Assembly (NCBI RefSeq): GCF_006345805.1 | Contig: NC_042997.1 | Span: 36,270,001-36,334,000 of the forward strand | DNA from: Octopus sinensis | Taxonomy: Eukaryota | DNA: 64,000 nt | Direction of reading: 5' to 3' | Part shown: positions 52,218 through 64,000 of the stretch, piece by piece | Numbering within the stretch: the first letter of the stretch is position 1 | Layout of the letters: each line of letters opens with the position of its first letter | Made by a program: the position numbers and the translations under genes | Notes under the pieces: generated by a model | Database searches by the model: none | What the model was told of the DNA's origin: nothing | Seen by the model: only the letters and a program-made list of their open reading frames with translations

Positions 52218-52397
52218 CGTGTTTACATGTATGTATATGTGTGTGCGTGTATATATGCACATATGTACGTATGTATTTATGCAGACATACACAGAGAAGT
52301 GTGTGTGTGTGTGCGCGTGTTTATATGTATGTATATATGTATGTGTGTATGTATGTACATATGTACGTATGTATTTATGCATACATACACAGAGAAG
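52027..52397. repeat. Minisatellite of ~4 units built from compound microsatellites
   Basis: Anchor acacagagaag at 52071, 52177, 52289 and 52387 (periods 106, 112, 98). Confidence 0.85.
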
Positions 52398-53283
52398 GAG
52401 AGACAGACAGACAGACAGACAGAAAAAAATTAAGATAGCCGAGAGAGACAGATCATTAATTTAGTGATGGAAATATTCGGAGATATTGATTTGAAATGAA
52501 ATAAGGAAGATAAAATTTAACAATGCCAAAAAAAGACAAAACAAAAAAAACGACTACAACTGATGAAAATTTAATGGCGATTGATGGGTAATTTGTATAA
52601 ATAACAGCGTGATGACTTAGTAAGAATGCACGAGCTTGATCTGAAGTAAAGAACAAATGAATGTTTGCTATGGATTTATCGGATTTGCCTCGCGTAGTAA
52701 CTGGTCTAGTGGACTTGAAATCCGAAAACATTATGACTAGATGTATTGATGAATATAATAAGTATAATCTGCAATATTCTGTACTGTTTCGTCTGACCTA
52801 ATTCTTTCAATCATATACACTTCTACAGAAGAATCACTCTGAAGCAGACGAACTAATGAAGATGACGTCATTGGTATTATCCTACCAATGCTGCTACTTA
52901 AAAACAAACATCCAGATTGACAATACATGGCGTCCCATAGTATTCCTACTAGTTGCTTCCTTATATTGTTAATGGTTAGTAAAAGTGGTGTAGGTAGTGG
53001 TGATGGTAAAATTTGTCTTTGTTTCGTTGTGATTGTTGACGTTTGACTGTTCTTGTTTTTGTTGTTTAATAGTGGATAGCCGATATGTTAATTAGAGATA
53101 ATGTTGTCATTGTTTCTTCTGCTGTTGTTGTTGTTGTTAATGTGAGACGCCGGTGGGTTGCAGAGTGTTTGTAACGATTTTGACAATTTCGAAATTATAT
53201 ATAATATTGATTAGTTTCAGCTAGACATAAGATATAATATTCAATACCAGTGATCTATTTTCAGTGCGTATAGAGGTATTTGT

Positions 53284-53669
53284 GGAGGCGCAATGGCCCA
53301 GTGGTTAGGGCAGCGGACTCGCGGTCGTAGGATCGTGGTTTCGATTCCCAGACCGGGCGTTGTGAGTGTTTATTGAGCGAAAACACCTAAAAGCTCCACG
53401 AGGCTCCGGCAGGGGATGGTGGTGATCGCTGCTGTACTCTTTCACCACAACTTTCTCTCACTCTTACTTCCTGTTTCTGTTGTACCTGTATTTCAAAGGG
53501 CCGGCCTTGTCACTCTCTGTGTCACGCTGAATATCCCCGAGAACTACGTTAAGGGTACATGTGGCTGTGGAGTGCTCAGCCACTTACACGTTAATTTCAC
53601 GAGCAGGCTGTTCCGTTGATTCGGATCAACCGGAACCCTCGTCGTCGTAACCGATGGAGTGCTTCCCAA
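53284..53669 (+). mobile_element. SINE family C, full-length, with 9-bp TSD
   Basis: tRNA-like head with A and B boxes. aggtatttg is present at 53274-53282 and 53670-53678. Confidence 0.93.
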
Positions 53670-55930
53670 AGGTATTTGATTTTTCTTTCATCCATTTTCT
53701 CAGAGGAAGTCGTATAGTAGTTTCAACGCTTAATTCTCTTCATGTGAATGATTCACGTTTTAATGCTCCCCAAGATATGGAAAGTCACTGAGATCATACA
53801 GAAATATTGTCCATTGCATTATGTCAGTAGATATGTTTTCTCTTTCTGACATTTTCATGCTGATTGTCACTATCCAAATCAGTGTAAGTAAATGGGTAGA
53901 AATTGGTGCATGTATGTTGTGAGTGTCTCGATATTTCCGAAGTGTCTCTCACAGCGATCAAGCCTATTTGATATATCTATATGAATATACCGTGTTGTAA
54001 AGTTTTTTATCAAATTTCATCGCAGAGACTTTACACCAAACCACTTCATGAGAGAAGGATTGAACGTACTCACTATTAAAAGTTTTGTAGTACTATATAA
54101 TCTACGGTATATATATTATATATATATATATACATATAAATGTATAGGTATATACACACCCTTTTATATGTGTGAGAGTGTTTATGTGCATGCGTGCTAG
54201 CGTGTAACAGCCACGTGTATCATACGTGAAACCTCAACTCCGTATTATTTCGACGATTATTATATTCAATTGCTAATAACCTCAAGAGCAAAATAATAAT
54301 GATATCCAAATTATAAGTTCTTAAGTCATGGGGACCAGGTTAACGTTAACTATGAGAATGTTATGTTTATAATGAACTTACTATGTCAATACCGGATAGT
54401 AAAACTAGTTAAATAGCTATGTTCATTTATAAGACTTCTTAGCGGTGTTATTCCAATGAGAACTTATATCATTATATATCAGAAATAATTTTAGCTCTCC
54501 ATCTGGTACTTTGAGCTGTACAATAAATGAGAATAAGGAAGACAAATACTTTTCATTTATTAATGTATTTGTCAAAGAACAATAATTTATTACCTCCACA
54601 GTTCTCGAATTCTAATAAAATAAACAATGAACCATTTTCTGAAATCGCATAGTGTAACCTATTTCCATTTTCTTCCAACATATGTGTGCGTGTATGTAAA
54701 TATGTGTAGTGTATATGTGCATATGTGTATGTAATGTTTATATATTGAAATTTACTTTAGCATGAATTTACATTATACATTACAAGTATTCTAGCAACGT
54801 TTCCATTTCCGTTCACTGGTTGATTAGTACTCCCCTACATCATTAAAGGACAGAGAAATGAAAAGGGAAAAAAATGTTTATTAAAACGAAAATGAGTAGG
54901 TAACGCTTTCTGCTGGTGTAGAATGGTGCTGAGTGGCGACTTTAGATCAATGTAAACCATACTAGCATGAAAATAAATAGTCGCTGAAAGTGCAATCTTG
55001 AAAAAAGAGAATGTGGTTTGCAGAGAATAAGTAGAAGACGGAGGAGCGAGTGAATTAATTCGGACACAAAAGAAGACATTAAGGGGAAATATCCATATAA
55101 ATGTCTTAAGTAATGCTTGTGCATTTTGAGTGTGAACCACGATTGTGATTATAGCGGGAATATATCGACTAACGGTATTCATTAAAAGTTAGGTGTGATA
55201 CAATGCAGAGAAACTCTTAATGGTTATATTATCGCTGTTCTTGTAGCTGATGCTCTAGTTGTTGTTGATTAACATTCAGACAGCCTTGATCGAACAACCA
55301 AATCCGTTGTCCTTGCGGTTGTTATTGTTAGAGGTATCGTTTATAAAGTTTATTCAGTTATTGTTACTTCCAATGTTCAACCATAGATAAAACTGCTTGA
55401 ACCGGCTTCCAAAGCAGTCTTGTCGATCAAACACTTGAGCATGATTTCCACATTGCTGCACAAATATAAATACAAGATACAAAATATGCAGTGTGTTAGG
55501 TAGGATCAAAGCACGTGATATGATTACCTTTCTTGTAACAATCATTTAAATATGAAGAGGTAGAAAGAGCAGTAAATCACAATCGGATGTATATGAGGAG
55601 GCGTTTATTGTTGTTAATGCGATGGGTTCCTCACCCGTGATCAAAAGCATTCCAGACACGGCGAACCTGTCTACTTCCTATATCTAAGGCTACGTAAGCT
55701 ACATTATCTAACCTTTACAGAAAAGCAGGTCAAAACCAGTTATGAACATACGAGTTCTCACAGAAGAAATGATAGCGAATTCCGATGAGCTAAAATGTTG
55801 TTTTTCTCCAGAGAATTATGATAATATTTCCTCACAATTTCAAGTCAATATAAGTCTGGGTTCGCTTCATTTTTCAGGAATTAAGTGATAATAACCTACT
55901 AAAAATTGATTATGAGATTTTTGAAAACAA

Positions 55931-55979
<49 letters not shown>

Positions 55980-56000
55980 GTGTGTGTGCGTGTGTGTGTG

Positions 56001-56031
<31 letters not shown>

Positions 56032-56943
56032 AAGTGATTGTGTATGAGTGCACGTGTGTGTGTATATGTATGCGTATATGTGTGTGTATTCCTATGCGTG
56101 TGTAGGGCGCAAATGCTTGGGAAAATAATTTAACAGGAAAACTAGGTTTATGAAGTACATTAATACCTTAAATTTGAGAAAATATTAAAAAAAACATTAC
56201 ATATTGAGTTTTAATGCATCATTAAACGAAAGGAGAAAATGATAGACATTATGAAAACTAGCAAGAGATAAAAATAAGAAAACGGAAGAGCGTTTCCAAA
56301 CTTGTGTGTACGCAGTGATATTGGTCTAGTTAACTTGGGATATGCGGATAGAAGAGTATATATATTGCGATAAAAAAAACATTGTCTAACTAATATTTGC
56401 CTAAGGACAAGTTAATAAAAAACTCATTTATATGATGAAGGTGTTTCCGGAAACGAAGCCACAACTATAATTTTATGAAAGTTTTCTAGCGTATGCGATT
56501 GATATCAGAGCTGAGACGTGTTTCTAAAGTTTAATGGATGTCAGCTTTTAATATTTGCATACTACCCATGAAAAATATATTACCAATTCAGTCACAAAAG
56601 TGTAAATAGGTCTCATTTCTGTTTGTTCATATCATGGTTTCAATTAATTTTTTGGTAATACACTTACTGTTAACATGAAAAGTGTACGTATAAGAATTCA
56701 GTATACTCGTGAAATACCTTGCAGGTGCAAAATTAGGTCAATCTAGTAATAGTAATCCCTGTATCTAATTGTATCTAATTCTTTCCAAGCCTTCCTTTCA
56801 ATATGCTTTATCATCGCATGAGCTTTATCATATTGGTGCACTTGAACGATACCTAACTGTAAGGTCTTGCGTACTTCCACCACTGCCCGCTTTAGATAAG
56901 TACATGAAGCATAACCTTCAGCACTATAGACACGCCAGCAGAC

Positions 56944-57212
56944 TTCTCCTTGCTTTCCACTGTGGAAAAACCCTGTACTGCACCCTCTTCAACAGGCTCA
57001 TTTCAGCGTCTCTTAGACCAACGTGCTTGAAACCGAGTGTGGCTTGAACCCCAGCAGCAACTCTATAGACATGGTGTTTGCTGCGCGTCGAGTGAAAGAA
57101 AGTGTATTGAAAAAGAGATGGATTTATATTCCACGTTTACAGGCACTACCCATGCTTCGTTGACCAACCTAAGCTGGGCTGCCCACGCAAGTTCACCCAA
57201 CTGTTAAGACTC
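56944..57212 (+). pseudogene. RTE-clade LINE RT relic
   Basis: SLLSTV / TLYCTLFNRLI / ECGLNPSSNSIDMVFAARRVKE / CIEKEMDLYSTF / KLGCPRKFTQLLRL across frameshifts. Confidence 0.85.
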
Positions 57213-57461
57213 TGGTAAGACAAATTTTCCTCTGCCTTAAACCCATGTAACTCAATCCATACATTTTCATCCATTAACTTCCTCTACGAACCATTTTTTC
57301 TTGACAATTATTTGTCTATATTTACAAGACTTTGCATCTCTTATTGAAATAATAATCATAGAATATTGTAGTGATGCTTCATTCCCTAACAAGATGAGGA
57401 CGTAACAACATGACAGCTAAAACCCAGGATCTTTAGCGAGACACAAACCTTTATTTATAGA

Positions 57462-57563
57462 TGTACCTGATGAGACCCAGACTTGAAAATTGATGCAACA
57501 TATGTTGAAAGGAGTCCCACCCATAAGAGACAATACAAGGATGGGTCGAAGCGACATTGTACA
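57462..57563 (+). ncRNA. Type I hammerhead ribozyme-like motif with long stem II loop
   Basis: UGUAC-CUGAUGA-GACCCA-(62 nt)-UGGGUC-GAA-GCGACAU-U-GUACA: stems I and II perfect, stem III degenerate. Confidence 0.6.
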
Positions 57564-58089
57564 AAATAAACATTAATACCAAAACCATCTTCTCGTTACT
57601 TAAGCAAACACACACACACACTCATATATATATATATATACATGAGGAGAGATAGTGATTGGCATTTTCTCTTGCTCTCTTCAATTATTAAATGCTGTCA
57701 TGAGATGGTATATGACTATCAAGTCCGACATTGGACAAGCAAACCCTATTACAACTATCATAAATATTTTCATACCGAAAAGTGCTAAGGATTAAAGTTA
57801 ATTCTTGTTTAAAAAGTGCTCGTTCAATGATGGATTGTACTATGGTTCGTGATTCAAATACTTTACGACTATTGTAAATCATGTTTTTCAAAACCGATCG
57901 ATCTTCCGTCCTTAGCACATTATGAACATTAAAGTCCTTAGCACATTATGAACATGAAAGTTGCTTTTGACATCATGCCTATACGTAATCAGAGGCGGTT
58001 GGTTTGAGTCTTACAATGAAGCAACTCGATAGGCCACCGGAAAGTCGCTTTGCAACGTGGTGTAAGTCCATGTGGTAAAACGTGGTGTA

Positions 58090-58510
58090 GGTACAAGAGC
58101 GTTGTTTCCTAGCTACATGGTGCTGGGTTCTGTCTAAGTGCTTGGCAACTCAGTTAGATCTACTTTAATATAGCTTTGGGTTGACCAAACCCTTGTGAGA
58201 GTATTTGGTAGACGGAAAATGAAAGAAGCCAGTCGTATGCGTGTATGTGTATGTGAGTGCGTGTATGTATGTGTCTGTGCACGCACGCGAGAGTATGACT
58301 ATATGAGTATGTATATATGATATTGCATCCTCTAGTCTGTGTTTGTCGCCCACCACCGTTTCACAACCGGTCCTGGAGCTTTGACGTGCTCTTAACTTCG
58401 TGATTCGACCAACGAACTCGTTAGAACAAGTACCAACCATTAAAAGTTAACTACTGCTATCGATTCATTCCGTTAATAATTCTTCAAAGGTGTGACCCAA
58501 TTGAGTCAAA
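58090..58510 (+). mobile_element. Degenerate SINE family A
   Basis: ccaaacccttgtgagagtatttggtagacggaaaatgaaagaagccagtcgta...gtgtttgtcgcccaccaccg. Confidence 0.75.
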
Positions 58511-58514
58511 CGAG

Positions 58515-58714
58515 TTATATATATATACATATATACATATATATACACATATATATATACATACACATATACATATATACATATACATATACATTTACAT
58601 ATATATATATATATATACATATATATATACATATATATATACACATATATATATACATATATATATACACATATATATATACATATATATATATACATAT
58701 ATATATACATATAT

Positions 58715-58763
<49 letters not shown>

Positions 58764-58826
58764 CATATATACAAATATATATATATATACATATATATAT
58801 ATACATATATATATACATATATATAC

Positions 58827-58911
<85 letters not shown>

Positions 58912-58912
58912 C
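58515..58912. repeat. (TA)n/(TATACA)n array
   Basis: Seen directly. Confidence 0.95.
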
Positions 58913-59171
58913 ATGAGAGACAGTGAGAGAATGTGAGAGAGATGTATATATCTATTTATGTGTATATATGTATATACATAAATTGATAGGTAGATAGATA
59001 CATATATATATATATGTTTGTACCGACGTTCTTGAAATTTATGCATTTAATCTTTTAATATGCCATATATTGTAATCATTTCTGCTACATATCCTATGAT
59101 GTTTCTGCCTTAATTATTTGCAACATGTATCACGAAGCAAGTATTCTTTCTTCTTCTCTTTCTTCTTCGTC

Positions 59172-59174
<3 letters not shown>

Positions 59175-59257
<83 letters not shown>

Positions 59258-59262
59258 TTTGC

Positions 59263-59316
<54 letters not shown>

Positions 59317-59318
59317 CA
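59175..59318. repeat. (ATT)n trinucleotide array
   Basis: Seen directly. Confidence 0.95.
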
Positions 59319-60402
59319 CTACAGTCGTCGTCGTCATCATCATCCTCATAATCATCATCATCGTCATCATTAATATCTTCACCATCATTTTTTTATATAT
59401 TTTTGCACGCGTTCATTTATCTGCATACGAAGACAGAAACGTATGTACCAGGAATTATAAATATAACGTTGTGCTTGGTACTTTCACCAGACGGTGTGTT
59501 TATATGAATAAGTGTATGTGAATATGTGTCGACATACAAACGATTTTCTTGAACTTTTCATGTTCAGACGGAGTAGAATGGAGTAAGTAGTAAATTTAGT
59601 TTTGCTTCATTAAAATATCGATATATTTCTAAATATAATAAATATTAGATATATATATATACGTATTGAAATGTTTGAGTAGTTCAATAGAGAAATGAAA
59701 GAAAGCAAATTCATCGACTGCTTCGAGTATTGCTGTGTGTAGAGTGGAAACTGCACTTTATTATATACCGACAAAGATAATTACGAAAAAGGAAAGATAA
59801 GGTGAAGTGCATAGGAAACTAGAGAGTGATAGAAATAGACAGATGGAAACACTGAAAGAAACACCACAGACACACACGAATACACTTTTTCACATACATA
59901 ACTACAGACATATAAATATAAATATCTACGTTTGTGTGATTGCGCATTGAAAGAAAGGGAGAAATACAGTGACTGACTGAGAAAAAATTATACGTAGGTA
60001 AGTCGCAACGGTTTCTCTCCATATATCTCTTACATGATTCACACCGTTTCATACTACCTTACGCTTTGTGTTCGGCAAGAAAAATTTATTGCTATATCTA
60101 TAAATAGTTGCTTAAGTCAATCTAGATTGCAAGCTTGAAAAACGTATCAATTTATAAATGTCTTGGAATGTATTTGTATGTACACATATAAAAGACGAAT
60201 GCTCACACATTTATATATAGGAAAGCAAATACAACACCCATATCACAGTATATTAGTTTGCTCTCTGGTCGTGCTGCATATATATATATATATATATACA
60301 AATATTTCTATTATTATCGGCATCAGCATCACTATGATCACAATCATTAATATGTAAACATATTTTCGCAGTGTGGCAGTCGTTCATGAGAAACTTTAAA
60401 AG

Positions 60403-60449
<47 letters not shown>

Positions 60450-60800
60450 CAGAATGCGATAAAAATCCAAGGCTGTGAAATATTTCAGAACATATATAAA
60501 GAGAAGGTCTTACACCTACTTTCGCGATATTTTATATATACCTTCATCAGAAAGGGTGCGAGAAGATGGTTACGCAATAGTTATTCTAGAGAAGATATGG
60601 AATAGAGAGTGAAGTGGAGGAATGAAAACAGACGTGTGATATGCAAGGATATTGCCTCTGCAGTTCCATTATTCAAACATAATGGTGTACATATAAGTTT
60701 CCTCTCCCTTGTGTGTAATTTCCAATAGTATTTAAAATTGGTGTGTCCATAGCACTTACTCAGCATTATCTGACACCTTTGGATCTTTTGACTCCATTAC

Positions 60801-60831
<31 letters not shown>

Positions 60832-60860
60832 CATATTACCATTATCATCATCATCATCGC

Positions 60861-60862
<2 letters not shown>

Positions 60863-60932
<70 letters not shown>

Positions 60933-60949
60933 CATTATTATTATTATTA
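60863..60949. repeat. (ATT)n array directly upstream of a SINE
   Basis: Seen directly. Confidence 0.95.
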
Positions 60950-60950
60950 A

Positions 60951-61118
60951 GGCGTCGAGCTTGCAGAATCGTTAGCATGCTGGACGAAATACTGAGCGGT
61001 ATTTCGTCTGCCATCACGTTCTGAGTTCAAATGCCGCTTTAAAAATCCTGGGGCAATGTAATCGAATATCTCCGTTCCCTAAATCTCAGGCCTTGTACCC
61101 ATAGGAAAAAGGATTATT
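60951..61118 (+). mobile_element. Family B SINE with internal deletion
   Basis: gcagaatcgttagcatgctggacgaaatactgagcggtatttcgtctgcc...gagttcaaat. The central segment is absent. Confidence 0.85.
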
Positions 61119-62974
61119 ACCGTTATTATTTTTTTGTATCACTGGTTTTGTTGGAACCCCTGGAGTCTTGCATCTGTAGCATGCTTGCTAACTGCAGTCC
61201 ACAGTATCATGTTATCAGAAATATGCGATGCCTAAATATGTTTTCTCAGTCTTCTACACTGAATCCTAAATACACACAAACACACACACATACCAATATA
61301 TAAATAGAAATCGCAATCAATTACTCATTCTATTTTTCTATCTTTGTCTATTGCTATATTTATTACCAAATATTCACCATTTGTCGATATTCTATGATTG
61401 CATTCTATGTTTATAAATTTGTTTTAGGTGTGTGTTCAACGAGAATAACGAAGACTATACTTGAAGTAAAAAAGTATCATTACAAGTGAACAAAACTGTG
61501 CTGACTGATTTGTGGTTACTAGCTGTCATATATCTACAATATTATACGTTTCTAACAATCATGCAAATAGGTTTCGCACAAAAATGGAGAAATTAATCGT
61601 TGCGGTCGTTACATTACCCCGTCCTCGTCAGTATGAACTGTAAAAAAAATTTAAAAATTACGGCTTCATTATCTAGAGGTTAATGTGTCACATTCGGTTT
61701 GTGGAAGCTGTGGAAAACAAAACCTACTCTTTGGGAGATGTTCCAATCCCTTAAACCATACACAGACGGGATGTGATACTTGCAGACTCTTCATATTTTC
61801 CATACTAGAACAAACTTATGAATAGGTTTAAGTGATAATCGCCCAATTCTACAGCGGAAGTGATCGGTATATAAACAGTAAAGCAGCTATGATGCTGTAT
61901 ATTTTCGGAGAAATATACCCGTTCAATGTAAGAGGCATTCTGACAATTGTAAGAGTGCATATAACTTTTGACTTCAGAGTTCTTAGACGACAATATATAG
62001 CTGCGTACATCCATACCGACATATGTCGGAGTGTGTGTGTGTGTGTGTTTGTGTGTTTGTGTGCGTATGTGTGGGTGTGTGATTGAGTGTGTATGTGTGT
62101 GCGTTCGTGTGTGTGTCTGTGTGTTTTCTATAACCCATTCTTCTGTATGTTCTCGCAAATTATAAAGAAATGGAAACAAGCTGTATATCTTCTGTAGCAA
62201 AGTGGGATGTAGTATGCTTAAATCAGAATGCAGTTGTACATACATTCACGCGAGTACGTACATAGCCATATACATGCAAACCTCCGTGTATGCGCGCGTG
62301 TGTGTATGTGTGTGGGGAGGGGTGTATGTGTCTGCGCGGGTATGTCTTCCTTTTCACTCCACGTCAGCAATCAATACGAACGTCAGTTCGTGGTTTCGTT
62401 AGTATTTATTTTTCTCTATCTTCTCCTAATCCCTTTATTTTCTTTGCTACAGTATAAATCGAAACACTCAATACTCTTCTCTTTCTTATTTGGTGTATTT
62501 ATTTTCATTCTATAAAGTTTATGAGTTTTCGTGTTTTGTTTTATATCAGCATGATGTTTACTCGACTAAACTTGGGTATTGTTTTCTTGATTGTCTTATC
62601 ATCTTTAAACTACCTTCCTTTCACTTTTATACTTATGAGCGCTTTCTCTAATATATGTAACGGTATGTGTGTGTATACATATATAGAGAAAGAATGAGAG
62701 ATAGTGAGAGAGAAAGCAAGATAGAAAGAGAGATGCTAGATGTCTGTGTATATATACAGGCACACATACATATATGGGTATATCCATGTATATATGCACA
62801 CAGAGGTATATGTATATATATATGTGTGTGTGTGTGTGAGTGTGTGTGAGTTTGTATGTAGGTATACTTAATATACATGTGTGCATACATGAATTTCAGC
62901 ACATTTGTATGCACGCATGCATTTAGTAGTTTTAGTATACCTATATCTCCAAATTAATATATATTTATATATAC

Positions 62975-63026
<52 letters not shown>

Positions 63027-63274
63027 ATTGGTGAATTGAAGAAATGGAGCTGAACGCAGATTGAACAGAAATCGTTTTATTTCATTCTACACGTGTTTCG
63101 AAAGGCACAAATTACCAAAATCCGATTGAATAATGGGACCATATTGTGTCTTTCTCTTCAGAAGTTTACTGCTGTGATTTTTGCTACTAAGGTATCGGTT
63201 AAACTTTTGATTAATCTACTACAAGATTATTCATCTTTCTATTTCACATAATATATATATATATATTATATATA

Positions 63275-63319
<45 letters not shown>

Positions 63320-63362
63320 TATATACATATATATATAATATATATATATGTATGTATGTATG

Positions 63363-63393
<31 letters not shown>

Positions 63394-63766
63394 GCGTGTG
63401 TATACGTATATAACTATATAACTATATCTATATGTGTCTGTGTTGGACGAGGATGTGCATGTGTACACGCAACATTTGTTTATAATTATGTGTGACACTA
63501 GCGCACTTCAGTAGGGGGACGTTTTTATCAGTTATCACTGCTTTTAAGTTTATGCGTCTTCTATGCTTTCTTTCGAGATTCTGTTGGGTATATGAGGTTA
63601 TGTCTGAAAACTCATGCATGCCATTTGCTTCTATATGCTGTTGCATTTCATAATAATAATAATAAATAAATTTAAGAAAATACATGTCATTTACAATTAT
63701 GAAACACATAAAATTGTAACAATTAAAAAATAGTCCACTATAACTTCGTATGTATCATGACATAGT

Positions 63767-64000
63767 GGAGGCGCAGTGGCCCAGTGGTTAGGGCAGCGGA
63801 CTCGCGGTCGTAGGATCGCGGTATCGATTCCCAGACCGGGCGTTGTGAGTGTTTATTGAGCGAAAACACCTAAAGCTCCACGAGGTTCCGGCAGGGGATG
63901 GTGGTGATCCCTGCTGTACTCTTTCACCTCAACTTTCTCGCACTCTTACTTCCTCTTTCTGTTGTACCTGTATTTCACTCTATATGTCACGCTGAATATC
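63767..64000 (+). mobile_element. SINE family C, truncated by the window end
   Basis: Near-identical head and body to 53284. Confidence 0.93.

Noticed and set aside
57908-57955. 26-bp period tandem duplication
   Set aside because: An ordinary local duplication with no further structure.
60760-60797. Minus-strand start exon MESKDPKVSDNA followed by gtaagt
   Set aside because: It directly abuts a microsatellite, has no promoter evidence and has no convincing downstream partner exon.

Overview
This is AT-rich, microsatellite-dense eukaryotic DNA with no host gene that I can confidently identify. The SINE families resemble those I recall from octopus, so a coleoid cephalopod origin is an inference, not a database result. 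Nearly all ORFs in the supplied track are simple-repeat artefacts or transposon relics. The window holds a young 5'-truncated CR1/L2-type LINE with an almost intact RT ORF inside a (TA)n array (12030-13390). It also holds a Ty3/Gypsy element with both LTRs but no RT/RNaseH (2150-4545), a mariner derivative carrying a SINE, and a 380-bp non-autonomous Helitron. Further relics belong to CR1-type, RTE, RLE-type and probably piggyBac elements, and there are about 20 tRNA-derived SINEs in three families. The most interesting signal is a set of type I hammerhead-ribozyme motifs in short elements at microsatellites. Two lie in a 283-284 bp tandem dimer (28211-28700), a third related copy is at 51862-51896, and an unrelated one with a 62-nt stem II loop is at 57462-57563. 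There are no rRNA genes, true tRNA genes or CRISPR arrays.
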